64,000 bases of DNA from positions 60,028,464-60,092,463 of the forward strand of contig NC_043011.1 in the NCBI RefSeq assembly GCF_006345805.1, given 5' to 3'. Shown piece by piece: positions 1-14,442 of this stretch. A model generated the notes under the pieces. The model did not search any database. It saw nothing but the letters and a program-made list of their open reading frames with translations, and was not told where the DNA came from. This stretch comes from Octopus sinensis. Taxonomy: Eukaryota. Position numbers and translations under genes: made by a program. How positions within the stretch are numbered: position 1 is the first letter of the stretch; each line of letters begins with the position of its first letter.

Positions 1-928
1 ATTTTAATTGATTTTGAAAATAATGAAAAATTTATTAAAATAACTTTTATCAATATTAACCTGGTGTTTGCTTCGTAAATTAATATGAAATTTGGATGGA
101 AGGTTTTAATTCAGATCACTTTAAAAGCAGGAAGTTTGCATCATAGAATCAATGGGGGTGGTCTCAGGTGGGTTGGCATCTCAACCCTTTAACAGTCAGA
201 TTTCTCTGTCAAATGTAATGTTTATTTATTTGCATGGTTTTGAATTAATCATGCATTCAATCATAGCTTTGAGATTCGGATAATGTGATTGTGTATCTTT
301 AGAATGACATTGTAGGGTAGGTATGAGAGGTTGGATCTTGTCTTTTTGAGTGTAAAATACGGTTAGGGTTATTTGGGCAGGATATGAACTGTTTAAAGGG
401 ATAAAGAGCTGGAAGAAAGTACTACAAAGTACATTTTCCAGCACTTTAAAGATCCAGCCAGCTTACCACTGGAATGATATTCTGCTCTACTACAAGCATG
501 TCATCATCATCATCATTGTCGTCATTGTTTAATGTCTGTTGTCCGAGCTGGCATGGGTTGGACGGTTTGACTGAGGACTGGCAAATCAAGAGGCTGCGCC
601 AGGCTCCAATCTGATCCAGCAAGGTTTCAACAGCTGGATGCCCTTCCTAATGCTAACCACTCCGAGATTGTAGTGGGTGCATTTTATATACCACTGGCAT
701 GGGGGTCAGTCAGGTGGCACTGGCATTGACCACGTTTGAATGGTGCTTTTTACATGCCACCAGCACAGGAGCCAGTCAGGCAGCACTGGTATTGCCTACG
801 CTCAAGGTACTGACCATGCTTGAATGGTATTTTTTACATGCCATTGACATGGGAGCCAGTCCGGTGACACTGGCATCGACCATGCTCAAATGGTGCCTTT
901 TATGTGCCAGGCATGCTGTATACGTATG

Positions 929-1847
929 AAATTTTGGGGGTCGTGGGGGTAGTTGATAATATGGACTCCAGTGTTTAACTGGTACTTATTTTATCAACTC
1001 CTAAAGGAAGAAAGGCAAAGTCAACCTTGGTGGGATTTGAACTAAGAAAGTAAAGCACTAAAAGAAATGCCTTTTTTCCAGCAATGCTAATGATTCTGCC
1101 AACCTGACATAATAATAATAACAATAACAATAATAATAATAATAATAACAATAATAATAATAATGATAATAATAATAATAATAGTGGTGGTGGTTTCAAA
1201 TTTTAGCACAAGACCAGCACAACTTCAGGAGAGAGATAAGTCAATAATGTTGATGCCAGTGGCCAACTAATACTTATTTTATTGGAACTCAGAACCTAGA
1301 GATGGATGAAATGCTGCTAAGCAGTTTGTCTGGTGTGGGAAAAATTCTGCTAGGATGCTGCCTTAATAATAATGATAATCCTCTATAAGCACAGGACCTA
1401 AAGTTTTAGGGGAGTGGGGTCAAGTCAATTACATCGACCCCACCCCCCTATGCTAGAGTGGTACTTATTTCATTGACCCTCAAAAGATGAAAGGCAAAGT
1501 CAACCCCAGTGGCATTTGAACTCAGAAAGGACAATCAGAAGGAATGGCTCTAAGCATTCTGGCCAGTGTGGTAACAATACTGCCAATTCACTGCTTTTTT
1601 AATAATAATCATCCTTTCTATTGGAAGCACAAGGCCTCAAATTTGTGAGGAGCGGAGTAGACTATTACATCGACACCCCCAGTGCATAACTGGTACTTAT
1701 TTAATTGACCCCAAAAGGATGAAAAGAATAGTCGACCTCAGTGGAATTTGAACTTAGAACATAAGGATAGACGAAATATTGCTAAGCATTTCGTCCAGTG
1801 TGCTAATGATTCTGTCAGCTTGCCGCCTTAATAATAATAATAATAAT
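929..1847 (-). mobile_element. Chain of four tail-B tRNA-derived SINEs separated by (AAT)n
   Basis: Copies at ~929-1107, 1195-1362, 1378-1597 and 1611-1829, all on the minus strand. Each 5' end (…CTGCCAGCT.GCCGCC on +) runs into TAATAAT. Confidence 0.8.
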
Positions 1848-2200
1848 ATGTTTGATGAGTGAAAGAGATGAGAGAAAGAGTGGAGGCTGCACTCGTGTGA
1901 ATTTCAAGTGGAAATTTAATGAGATGTAACTAAATAGCAATAGACATTAGAGACAGCAGTGTATCATAGCTGCCATCCAATAAATCTCAATATGAAAAAT
2001 TGACAAAGGTCTTCGGATCAGAATAAACTATGGTAAAACCAAACAATTTTGACTTCTCTGCTTTCTGTCATTTCCAATAATATCGGCGATGTAGGTACAT
2101 GTGTGTGTAATTATATGTGTGTATGTGTATGTGCCTATTATATGTATGTATAGGTGTGTTGTGTATATATATATATGCTTGTGTATTTGTGCGTGTGTAG

Positions 2201-2430
2201 GGCGGCGAGCTGGCAGTATCGTTAGCATGTTGGACAAAATGCTTTGGGGTATTTTGTTCATCTTTACGTTCTGAGTTCAAATTCCGCCGAGGTAAACTTT
2301 GCCTTTCATCCTTTCAGGGTCAATGAAATAAATACCAGTTATGCACTGGGGTCGATGTAATTGACTTAATCCCTTTGTCTGTCCTTGTTTGTCCCTTCTG
2401 TGGTTAGCTCCCTGTTTGCAATAAAGAAAT
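2201..2430 (+). mobile_element. tRNA-derived SINE, tail A
   Basis: GGCGGCGAGCTGGCAG head, GAGTTCAAATTCC B box, shared central domain, tail ...GCAATAAAGAAAT. Confidence 0.8.
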
Positions 2431-2442
2431 ATATATGCTTGT

Positions 2443-2556
2443 CTGTGTGTGTGTGTGTGTGTGTGTGCATGTGTGTGTGTGTGTGTGTGCATGTGTGTGT
2501 GTGTGTGTGTGTGCATGTGTGTGTGTGTGTGTGTGCATGTGTGTGTGTGTGTGTGT
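2443..2556. repeat. (TG)n microsatellite with periodic CA interruptions
   Basis: Alternating purine-pyrimidine tract of ~110 bp; GCAT interruptions every ~22-26 nt. Confidence 0.9.
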
Positions 2557-3211
2557 ATGTGGCTAGTTGGTGGAGTTATTAGAATGTCATATAACATGCA
2601 TTGCAATATTCATTATGGCTCTCTGCTTTCTGGGTTCAAATCTGGCTGAAGTTAACTTTGCTTTCATCCTCTTGGGGATTAATAAATAAAATACCCATGC
2701 TGATAAATAAACACTGCATGGATATTAGCACAGGATGCATATGGCGGAGTATTACAGCTGTACAAAATGCTGAGCATTCAAACAAGATGAAAGGTGCATA
2801 GAAAAGGAAAAAAATTAAACCATGGGACTAAGAGATTAAGGTTAAGGTTAGGGCAAGGGTTGATCTGAAGATACTGAGCCTCAAGAAAGAGATGACCAAC
2901 AACTGTGACAACTGGTGGCCGCAGAAGACCTGCTGACCCATGTAAGTGTAGTAAATTGAACTTTAAAATGGATGGTTCTGATAGAGGCCAGGATACGTGG
3001 TATACATCTACATTTGGGTCTGTCACCAATTGCATTCCTATCAAGTTTCCATCTTCAGTCTCCCCCAATACTTTGATTTGTTCTTATTTATTTCAACACA
3101 ACTCCCACTGACTCCTTCCTAGTCATTCTAACACACTGCCGATCTAATAAGAAATGGCATTGGACATGCTAGTCTTTAATTTCCTACTGATTAAAACCAT
3201 TTTTACTATCC

Positions 3212-3257
<46 letters not shown>

Positions 3258-3660
3258 CCATCATGATGCCTGTATATTGAGGGATCACATCATCTCTCTT
3301 AATTATTTAATACACTCCATTCATCACCCTTCTGAACTGGTTGCCATCATTTCCTCTCTTTTCAGCCCCGTTCATCTTCCACCAACACCTCTTTTCTATT
3401 CCCTCCTCTTGGTGAAATTAGCCCTGAGTGAACAGAGAAAACGCAGAGCAGTGACAACACTTTAATTTCTGTTGGGTGCATGGCAATCTCATTGGTAATG
3501 ATGATGTATGTGTGTGTGCGTGCATGCATAAATATCAATATATGTGTGTATATATATATTTATCATATAGATATACACATATACTCACACACAGACAGGC
3601 ACACAAACACTCACATACAAATTTCAAGCTATAAAACATTTAAAATATGTGGGTGTACAT

Positions 3661-3695
<35 letters not shown>

Positions 3696-4499
3696 TTCAA
3701 GCTATAAAACGATTAAGATAAATTACAATTATTAACTCTAACACAATTTTAAATCAATTTTATATTAACCTAATAATTCTTAAATGATAACTATTTTGAA
3801 TAATTGATATATGAAAATATATTTATCTTTATTAAATCACATTTATTTATAAATTTATAGAAAGGAATTGTCTTTTAAATCACAGACTCTCTCCATTTCC
3901 ATAACAACTTGTTCGAAAAGTTAGGCTGACAGATGCTTAGAACATCAGTGTTTGCATCTAGATATGTGCAGTATAGGAACTGTGGAGCTTTTGGGTAACA
4001 TAAATATTTTAGCAGTAAATTACAGTTGTATATAAACAAATTTCATTTATTCCACCAGGGAGTGTTAAATAACAGTAATAGCTTTTAAACGTAACTTACC
4101 AACAGCCCAAATAAATGAATAAAATAAATACATGAAAAAGACTCCTAAAAAACTATAGATATAATCCAACACAGTTTTGAGCAATAATACCCCCCCACAC
4201 ACACACACTCCAACCAGAATATGTTAATATTTCTGCTAGCAATGGGTAAAGAAAATGTAATTACACATCTATAATTTTGGAAATGTGTTGCTGCTCTAAA
4301 GTAGGTAGGAGTTTATTGAACAAGAATTGTAGCAAATTATTGGCATCAGGGAAATGGTATCTTTAAATTGGTCACCAAAGAAAATGAAATGATTTGTTTC
4401 CATAATATTATATTTATCAGCCTAATCCTTTGAGATAGAAAATTATTTTTTAATGAATTTACACCTAAACTACAAAATGGTTTGGCTGGTTTCACCTGT

Positions 4500-5050
4500 C
4501 TCATTTTCAGTTTTGTACATCAGTACCAGGCTGAATTTGACAAAAGAGCATTTAGCTTTAAACCAAGAATATTGGTTGGCCCCTTTTTAGCCATAAGTGG
4601 ATGGTATGGCAGCAGAAAAGGCTACTCTTCTGTGCCTGGGCTGTTTCCAGAACCAAATACTGACCACCAAGTACACCTACCACCTTTCCACTCACAGATA
4701 CACGACAAAGGAAAGTGTGTTGCATTCACGGAACCACAGAAGATGCCAGATATTGGTTAAATATATACACATCAGCCTTAGGGTGCCTACCTCTGGATTT
4801 TCCGAGCGATTTTAATTCCTTAGCTTTTGTTAAACATTCAGTACATTGCTCCTCAAGGCAGCAGGAGTTTATTATTATAGAGGACATAGTTTATATAAGG
4901 TCACTCTGGCTCTCTCATCCTTCAAACTTATATTGGTCTGGTGCAATGAGTGTCAGAATCCCTGTTGTTATCAAGATGCAGGGTTTGTATGGAGTTACCT
5001 CCTCTTAGATGAGCAGCTGAAGAGCTGAAATGCCACACTTGCCTTGGGTC
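4500..5050 (+). mobile_element. Decayed RTE-like LINE AP-endonuclease remnant
   Basis: Frame ...EKATLLCLGCFQNQILTTKYTYHLSTHRYTTKESVLHSRNH resembles the RTE APE segment NGxLLLxxCxExxLxITNT...KTTWxHPRSKHW. Stops upstream in the same frame. Confidence 0.4.
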
Positions 5051-5247
5051 TGTTGAGGTGTTTGTGAGTGACCTTCTACCACAGACAATTCCATGACATG
5101 CTAATTAACCTATTATTGGGACTCTAACAGATGCTACTATTCTGGGTCAAAGTAGACCGAGGAACAACTGTGGCTTAAGGGATGGTTCCACACTCTTCAA
5201 AGCCCTGGAATTTCCAAACCAATGCCCCACAACTGGATGCAGTTTAA

Positions 5248-5462
5248 CCTTTTAGCATTCAGATTACTCTGTCAAATGCAGTCTTATACAAATTATTTTG
5301 AGTTAATCATGCATTGTCTTGTGGCATTCAAATTTTGATGTTGTGATTGTTTATTCTCAGAATGACATTACAGGGTAGGTGTGACATGACAGATCTGACC
5401 AGTTTGAAAATAAAACAGGTAGAATATTATGGCTGGTTATGGCCAGTTTAAGTGCTGAAGGG
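5248..5462. mobile_element. piggyBac-like MITE (family A) with TTAA TSD
   Basis: TTAA(5244-47)|CCTTTTAGCATTC ... AAGTGCTGAAGGG|TTAA(5463-66). Related copies at ~185-400, ~33905-34085 (reverse) and ~43035-43250. Confidence 0.7.
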
Positions 5463-7244
5463 TTAAAGTCATATCAGAAAAGTAAGGATAATAATATTCT
5501 TATCCACAAGGCTGTTGATGTTAGCTACAAGTGTGATCAGAACACAATGTTCTCTAAAAATGAAGAAAATAATAAAACAAAACAAAATTATCTTATTGAT
5601 AACTCATCTCACACATTTAAACAGATTTTCTGTTAATTTGTTTTTCTTTTTTATTTTGCCTCTGAATTTTTGTTTTCTAATATGCTAATTACTTTTGAAT
5701 CATTTCTACCTTTAAAGAAGAATCAAAGACTTGAAAACCACAAATCTTGTTTTAATCCAAAGATTTCGTATTATATAAGCAAAGCGTAAAATTTATTTTA
5801 TAAAGAAACAAAATGGGTAAACAGTTAAATTCAGATGCAACCAAGTTTATGTGAAGTAATTTCAAACTTTGATGTTTAGCTACGGATGGTCTAACGTTTG
5901 ATATTAACATGGAAAACTGGTCATGCCAGCTTGTCCACTTCATGCCTTCATGGAGAAAAGAAGCTATTCTTTTTATGAGAATAACAGTTTGAATTTCATT
6001 TTCTCTCCTTAAGAGTAGTTCAATATATTTTCCCCATAGAGAGTGAATTTGTTAATGTTCTGCTCTAGCAAGATAAATCTAAACAGTTTGTAAATGTTAA
6101 TTGCTACTCAACTGATTTTGTAGCTATTGTTGTTACCAAATTGATTTTTACTTTACAAAACGTGTTATGGTCTCTCATTGATATCCTTTAGTGAATATTA
6201 TAGTTTTGGCTACTAAAGAAGCATGAGTGCCTGATGTTTAAGCAAGATTGCATAAAACCCCATTACAATTACTCATGTGTATATTAATGAATCAGCACAA
6301 GGTCCAGTCCTTGCTGCAGTGTGATGGCTTGTGGGCCTCAATGACCCCAAGAGCTGTGCCAGTGCAGTGCAAGTTCCTGGTAGGGGCCTCTCATGCTGGA
6401 CAGGACAAAGGATAGAGACCAGACAAATGTGGGTCATCTCTTCCCAGAGGTAAAAAATAGGTTTGTGTAGGACTTACAGCTTTTCGAACCAAGAAAAAAG
6501 CAAAGTTACTGAAGTGTTGAAGAAAATTCAAAACCAAGAAAACGTGGGAGAAGAAGGCCTTAAGACAGCCCACAACTGAGTACAGTGGAGGGGAGTCATT
6601 GATGGTCTATGCTTCACAAAGGGCGAAGGGCTTAAGTGATGTAAGTAATATGTCAATGAAGGAAGCCTCTACATAATCATTCAGTCTGCTAGAAGTAGCT
6701 GACAAATCTCCCACAAATTACACTCTGTCGTCTTAAAAAAGACTAATTCATTGCCAGGAGAAAAATATGGGACAATAATAGTTAGGGTTAGGGTTGACAT
6801 CGTCCTCACTGTTTCTATGTCCACTTTCCCTGCTTGTAGGAGTTAGACAGAATTCATTGAGGCAGATTGCTTTCCGTCAGATGTTCTTCTTGTTGGTCAT
6901 CTCACATCTGTTTCTAACCAAGGTAATGATGATATGTCTGCTTGATTAGAGTAGACCAAGGGCTAAACAGCTTTGACTTTCTCATAAAATTAAATTTACT
7001 TGCTTCATGAATGAGGGAACTCAAATGTTCATTTAGCCATAAGGAATAAATAACTGGGGAACATTTGGAAACATATGAAAATTATTTATTTACTATGAAT
7101 TCAAGAATCAAAAAATCAAATTATATTAAATCAAAAGATGTATTAATATGAAGATTTTGGGGATTAGCCATAACTGGATGATGGCTGAAAAGCTCAGTTT
7201 GTAACCAAAACCAAAATTCCAGTTTCAATTTCAGTGAACAGCTA

Positions 7245-7245
<1 letters not shown>

Positions 7246-7275
<30 letters not shown>

Positions 7276-7560
7276 GTTTAGCGTCCGTTTTCCATGCTAG
7301 CATGGGTTGGACGGTTCTACTGGGGTCTGTGAAGCCAGAAGGCTTCATCAGGCCCAGTCAAATCTGGCAGTGTTTCTACGGCTGGATGCCCTTCCTAATG
7401 CCAACCACTCCGTGAGTGTAGTGGGTGCTTTTTACGTGCCACCTGCACAGGTGCCAGACAGAGCTGGCAAACGGCCACGAACGGATGGTGCTTTTTATGT
7501 GCCACCGGCACGAGGGCCAGGCGAGGCTGGCAACGGACACGAACGGATGGTGCTTTTGTC
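7246..7560 (-). mobile_element. RTE-LINE 3'-tail-type element ending in (GAT)n, with internal ~60-bp repeats
   Basis: (CAT)n-CGTTTAGCGTCCGTTTTCCATGCTAGCATGGGTTGGACGG...GGATGCCCTTCCTAATGCCAACC, then repeated GGTGCTTTTTA.GTGCCACC units. Relatives at ~500-930, 13878-14150, 16900-17420 and 31460-31960 (minus), and 50700-51065, 58640-58935, 60600-61225 and 62300-62545 (plus). Confidence 0.75.
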
Positions 7561-8864
7561 TTGAGTTGTCCAATATTTTATGAGTGGAACATGGTAGATG
7601 GAAATTGTGTAGAAGCCCAGCATGTGTGTGTGTGTGTGTGTGTGTGTAAACTGGTGGATTGAATGATGTTGATTTATACCAAAAATGGTAAAAACCTGGA
7701 CATCGTTAATTAGAGATCAATAAAATAAGCACCAGACCGAAATAACAAGTGCTTGATGTAATCATCTAACACCATCTAGGGTTGTGGTGCTCCAGTATGG
7801 CTGTGCTATAATGACAGAAACCAATAAAACTATAAAAAGATAAGCATAAGAAAATAAATTACTTTTATTACTGATAAACCCTCTCCCTAAAGTTGTAATA
7901 AGGTTATTTTATATAATTTAGCAAACTCTATAGAATGTTTTAAACAGTTTACGATCTGACAATATTATTCCTATTTAATAACGAATGTTATTTTATTGTT
8001 CATTTATGATCTGACAATATTGAGATTATCAAAAGCAATTGAGATTATCAAGAGAAATAATTCTTCAAAGTTAATGTGATTATTTTATTATCTATTTATG
8101 ATCTGATATTGGGATTCATCATCGTTGTTATCATCATAATCATTGTCATCATCCTCACTGTCTCTGTCTACTTTTCCCTGCTTGTAAGAGTTAGACAGAA
8201 TTCATTGAGGCAGATTGCTCTCAGTCGGATGTTTTTCCTGTTGGTCATCCCACATCTGTTTCTAACCAGGGTAATATTTCCCTGGGGTCAGATATATTTA
8301 CACAAAAGACTGGAAATGGTGAATGCCTTTTGAACAACAGTGAAGTTTTCTTACAATTATTATGTGATGTGAAGATAAGGAGACACAAACACACTCACGC
8401 ACCTATGCATATATACACACACACACACACACACATGATGGGCTTCTTTCAGTTTCCATGTACTAAATCCACTTACAAAGCTTTTATTGGTTCTGGACTA
8501 TAGAAGAAGACACTTGTACAAGGTGCCTCATAGTAGATCTGAACCCAAAACCATGTGTTTCACAAGCAAACCTCTTAACCATTCGGCCATTCCAACAGGA
8601 ATAGTTTTCCTATTTTTTTATCTTTTATTTTTTTCAGTCATCAAACTGCGGCCAAGCTGGGGCACTGCCTTCAATCACTTGAGTCGAATGACTCAACCAC
8701 GGCATATTTTTCTCTTTTTTGTAAAGCCTGCTACTTATTCTATCAGTCTCTTTTATTGAACTGCTAAGTTATGGGGATGTAAACACACCAATACTGGTTG
8801 TCAAGCAGTGGTGGGGAACAAAAACAGACACGCACAACCACACACACACATACACACACACACG

Positions 8865-8898
<34 letters not shown>

Positions 8899-9734
8899 GG
8901 GCTTCTTTCAGTTTCTGTCAGCCAAAATCCGCTCAAAAGGCTTTGGTTGGCTGAAGACTATAGTAGATGATACTCGCCCAAGATTCCATGCAGAGGACCT
9001 GAACACAGGACCATGTGGTCTGGAAGTAGGCTTCTTAGCATACAGCCATGCCTACACCTAGTTAATATGATTGTTATTATTGTTCCATCAAGAGAAATGG
9101 TTTATTATATATTGTTGCCTGTTCAAAATGATATTTGAGTTTGACAAACATTAAGAAGACTAACAATAAGAAGTAAGTCCCTGCTTGAAGGGGGCCAAGA
9201 CACCACAAAACTTGATTTTAAAATGACTTAACAAATCCTCTGTGGTGCTGCTGTTAGGCTAGATATGGCCTGGGCTGTGCTTTGGACTAAACATATCTAA
9301 GTTTGGGTATATAATTCATCATGAAACCATACAAGTAGTATTTCTCTTATGTTTGTACTGGTTTTTAGTCGTTTATAACAAAGCCAGTGGTTTATCTGGT
9401 TCTTAACTTTATTGAACTCATGAGGGATGAAACTCAGAGGGGACAAAATACAAATTATATTTGTTACATGAATCAGAGTTTTCTGTCACACACTGCTGGA
9501 TACTCCTCCACACTCACCCCCACCCACACATTCAATAGGCTTTTGCACTGTGACTGGCGACTGAATTTCATCTTCCAAACTTCAATTTACCTGAAGCTAC
9601 AGTTGAAGATACTTGCTCAAGGATTTGTGCAGTGGAGTTTAAACCAGGAACCAAATGGTTGCAAAGGAAAATCCTTAACCACATGGCGATGTCTACATGG
9701 AATCACACCACATGGAATATATCCTGTCTCAGAA

Positions 9735-10097
9735 GGCAGCGAGCTGGCAGAATTGTTAGCACGCCAGGTGAAATGCGTAGCCGTATTTCACCTGCCGTTG
9801 TGTTCTGAGTTCAATATTTCTGCCGAGGTCAACTTTGCCTTTCATCCTTTTGGAGTCGATTAAATAAGTACCAGAACTATCAAAAATGTTAGCACGCTGG
9901 GTGAAATACTTAGTGGTACTTCGCCTGCCGTTATGTTCTGAGTTCAAATTCCGCCAAAGTCAACTTTGCCTTTCATCGTTTCAGGGTCGATTAAATAAGT
10001 ACCAGTTACGCACTGGGGTTGATGTAATCGACTTAATCCCTTTGTCTGTCTTTGTCTGTCCCCTCTGTGTTTAAACCCTTGTGGGCAGTAAAGAAAT
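9735..10097 (+). mobile_element. tRNA-derived SINE (Meta/Sauria-like central domain, tail A); chimeric dimer with 18-bp TSD
   Basis: Head GGCAGCGAGCTGGCAGAATTG, B-box-like GAGTTCAA, body CTTTGCCTTTCATCCTTT..GGTCGATTAAATAAGTACCAG present twice. TSD ATATATCCTGTCTCAGAA at 9717-9734 and 10098-10115. Confidence 0.85.
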
Positions 10098-13093
10098 ATA
10101 TATCCTGTCTCAGAATTAGATATAGCCTTTAATTCTTCCCCTGTACATTGTACAATGGCACAGAACAATTGAACAGAAATAATCAGATCTGATAGTAATT
10201 GAATTGTAGCAATATGTTTACGTCTACTTGACAACATATTTAAAGCTGAGAGAAAATAAGTTTAAATTTAGATTAAGAGAAAAACAATGGTACGTTAAAA
10301 CATTTTGTTACTATAGTAATTAATCATTTATGAAATTCATTTAATCTACGTAAACAAATGATATAAACAGTTAATTTATGTAGTGTATATATTTTAAAGC
10401 TTTGATGAGATTCTCAACTGTACATTTGGAACTATCCAAAACAGAATGGCTGTTCCTAAAACTGGGCTGTTTGTATAATACATGGTTCAATATTGTGTTT
10501 GTGAAATGATGCAATAGGTACCCAGACTAATTATCCAGAATGTACCCATTTATTAGGTATCATTAAGTACAGGCTGAGTGGTTGTGAAGCTTGCTTCCCA
10601 ATCATGAGGTCTTGAGTTCAGTTCCACAGCATGACACCTTGAGGAAGTGTCTTCTACTACAGCCTTAGGTTGACCAAAGCTTTGTGAAATGGAAACTGAA
10701 AAAAGCTTATAATCTATGTATAATGTGTGTGTCATTATCCTCCTTTGACATCAGGTGATGATTGTAAATGAGCATCACCTTCATACAAGTGATGTTGTTT
10801 GGTGACATAGATACACCACCACTGGTTATCAAGAGATGCCAGGGGACAAACATAGACATGTATATACACATATATAAAACGGGCTTCTTTCAGTTTCCAT
10901 CAACCAAATCTACTCACAAAGTCTTTAGTCAACCCGTTGCTATATTAGAAAACAATTGCCCAAGGTGTCAAGCAGTGGAACTGAACCTGGAACCACGTAG
11001 TTGGCAAGCAAGCTTCTCAACACATAGCCACACCTGTGCCTTCACACACATACATATGCAAACACACTTAGTATTAAGAGCCTTTTTCTCCTTTTCGTTT
11101 TCCCCTGTTCTTTTTCTGTCTTGCAAGCTACATGGCAACCTCACTAGTGCTGGTGGTGTGTAAAAAGCACCCTGTACACACTCTTATGTGGTTGGCTTAA
11201 AGGAAAAGCTTCCAACCATAGAAACCATGCTAAAGCTGACACTGCTTGCTGTATTCTGTCAAACCATCCAAGCCATACCAGCATTGAAAATAGATGTTAA
11301 CTCATGATGAAGATGACGATGATACTGACAACAAAATAACGAGCTAAGAGAATCAAGCTAGAGTGGTCAGTGACATAAGTATGAACAACAAAGGAAAGGA
11401 AGATAGTGTAAATATACAAAATTAATTCTATATTTATTGAAACTATTTTTACTCTGGGAGAATGTAAACAAACACCTAGTGGCAATTGCAATGAAAAGGG
11501 AAGATAATCGTTTTTTTCTTCCCCTTTCTGGAGACAAAAAGACACATGATTGCATGCATACTATCCTACTCCTTGTTACTATAAAGTCTGCTGTTTTTCA
11601 TGCTGGCATGGGTTGAATGAGATTTCTTGATGCTTATACAACAGTCTGCTCTTTGTGTTACCAATCCTTGCTTGTTTTGAAAACAGTGTCTTGTTCCATG
11701 CTTTTGCATCATGAAATCATCGTCTGCCAATTTACACAGGACATGAACGCCACACAGCAGCTGAAGCACTCTCAGTATGGAGACACAGGGAAACCAACAC
11801 ACACACACACACCAGATATATTCATACACACACACATATCAGATATATGCATACACAACAGTATACATTTACAAACACACGCAGACATATGCATACGTAT
11901 ACATACACACCTGATTTATATATGTGTGTGTGTGTATGTATTTATATGAAGTATACTCTAATTCTATAAATAATGATCACTTCTGTTTTGAAAGATTTAG
12001 AGGAATGCTGCCAATATGTATGATATGCCTCTCTCCTGAAGAAATTGGAATTCTCTCAAGAAATACATGAAAGCTTGTCTAAAATAATGATCAATGATTT
12101 TATAATAATCATCCCATCCACTGACAGAGCATAGGGCTTTATACCTTGGCACTAAATTTTAGTATATATTTACTTTTTTGCAAACTGCAACACGTGAATA
12201 TTTTCTTTCCAGCTAAAAAAGATCCTGCTATTATATATTGACTTATATTTCAGCTCTCTTTTTGTTTTTTGTTTTTCAGTTTGGTATTATAATTTGTATA
12301 ATTAAACACAGGAATAAGCTTTCATCGTTTGAATCAAATTTTCACCATTTGTACTCCAAGCTTTGCTCATTCGAAAACAGTAAAGAAATACAGTGAGACA
12401 GTATACGTTACAGACACAGATCACTGCACCAGTGAGTGAGCCTCTATGCGGTGACTAGATGTGCTAGTAACAATAACCAAATCTAAACAAAGGAAGGACG
12501 ATACATTATGACAAAGAAAAATAAAGTCATCGGGTCAGAGTTGGAATGGCTTTTGATTACAGGTGAAGTGATTTAAAGCTGAACTGGGAGCTAAACAATA
12601 ATAGAGAGCAAAGGTCACCAGAAGAATAGCCACCTCAGTTTGTTGTCTTAACAATCACAATATTGATTCGTGTGTTTCCTGCCTTTTCAAGTGTTATTTG
12701 TTATTGATAGGAATCAATAGATTTTTGACAGAAGAGTATAGGAAATTAGCTCAATATTGCACTTGTTGTTGTTATCTACGGTGTCTCTTGCAAGCTGAAT
12801 TTTCAATAGAGATCCAATAGACAGAAGCCTCACCAGCTTCATAATAGATTGTTCCAGAATAGACGGAGGCATGACTGAGTGGTTAAGAAGTCCACTTCCC
12901 AACTGTAGAGTTTCAAGTTCAAACCCACTGCATGATGTCCTGGGTGAAAGTCTCCATGCATACTACAGCCTTAAGTACAATAAAAATATTTTGAGTGGAT
13001 TTGGTTGATGGAAACTGAAAGAAGCCCCTTGCATATATGTATGTGTGCATATGTGTCTGTGTGTGTATGTGTCTATGTATATATATATATTTA

Positions 13094-13620
13094 TACTAGC
13101 AGTAGTACACGGCATTGCACGGGTCTTAATAAATTACCATTCAACTGCGGAAAGATGAGGCCTTACACTTGATAAGATGTTTTGATCCCTACCTCAGCTA
13201 TCGTGTTCGCACCCAGCTTCACCCGAAACCATGGAAACCATGCTTTCGTTTACCGAGTTTGGTTTAAATTGGCGCTATGGCTTGCCTTGAAGGCATTTTT
13301 TGAGTCGGTTTTTCCCCATGCTGTGCTCAAACAAAATGGAATTTGAAAAAAATAACGAAATGAAAAACCTTGGGTAAGAATCCATAGGTATGTCAAGTTT
13401 GATCAAAATCAGATGACTTTTAGAAAAAATCGATAATTATCAATTGAGCTTTTGCAAAAACCAAACATTGACAGAAGTGGTTGTTATGACTAAAACAAGC
13501 CTTGGAGCATACCAAATGCTTGTCTGAAATTTCAATCGAATTGGTTGGGTGGAACTCGAGTTATAAACCTATGAACTTGCATACACACATAGACAGTTTC
13601 TGTTTTGATATATATAGATA
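13094..13620 (+). mobile_element. Non-autonomous Helitron/Helentron-like element
   Basis: Starts TACTAGCAG with an imperfect GC-rich hairpin (ACACGGCATTGCACGGG) and ends ...TTTTGATATATATAGAT. Inserted in a (TA)n tract; internally CpG-richer than the flanks. Confidence 0.5.
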
Positions 13621-14442
13621 TATATGAGAGAGAGAGAGAAATTTGCGGCAGGTAGTGGAGGAATGTGGGCAAGGAAGGAATTCTATAAGGGTACAGTTTT
13701 GCATACTCTGGCTAACTTTTTAATCTGAGAGAGCCAACAGAGGTGATGCCAGAGTAGTACAGGGACCACTTTTTGGGGGTTTATGAAAAACAACTGGTTT
13801 TAAAGTGTTCATACAAAATCCATCATAACTTAATGACAGTTAAATCAAGATTCAAACACCAATTTGATATACAAATCATCGTCAACATCATCATCATTTA
13901 GCGTCCGCTTTCCATGCTAGCATGGGTTGGACAGTTCAACTGGGGTCTGGGAAGCCAGAAGGCTGCACCAGGTCCAGTCTGATCTGGCAATGTTTCTACG
14001 GCTGGATGCCCTTCCTAACGCCAACCACTCCGTGAGTGTAGTGGATGCTGGCAAATGGCCACGATTGGATGGTGCTTTTTATGTGCCACCGGCACGGAGG
14101 CCAGGCGAGGCTGGCAATGGCCATGATTGGATGGTGCTTTTTACGTCTTTTAAATAAATACAAAAATGTCTATGATTATACAAAATTCTCTCAAATTCTT
14201 GATTATTTCTAAATTTAACTGAAATGTAAACAGAATATTTAGTTAAAAATATGATCAGAAGAATGGTTAATTTACCTCTACTGTTTATGCTTTTGTGTTC
14301 ATTGAACTACACACCACACTGAATCACATAGAACATTAAACTACACATAACATATTTTCAATCAGTGATAATTTAACAAAACCTTGCTGTTTGTTTTCCT
14401 TGAAACATAAATAAAGATATAAATGAAATATAAAGGAAATAC

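Noticed and set aside
6781-6795. (TTAGGG)2 telomere-like motif, also TTAAGG/TTAGGG at ~2837-2853
   Set aside because: Too short to be an interstitial telomere.
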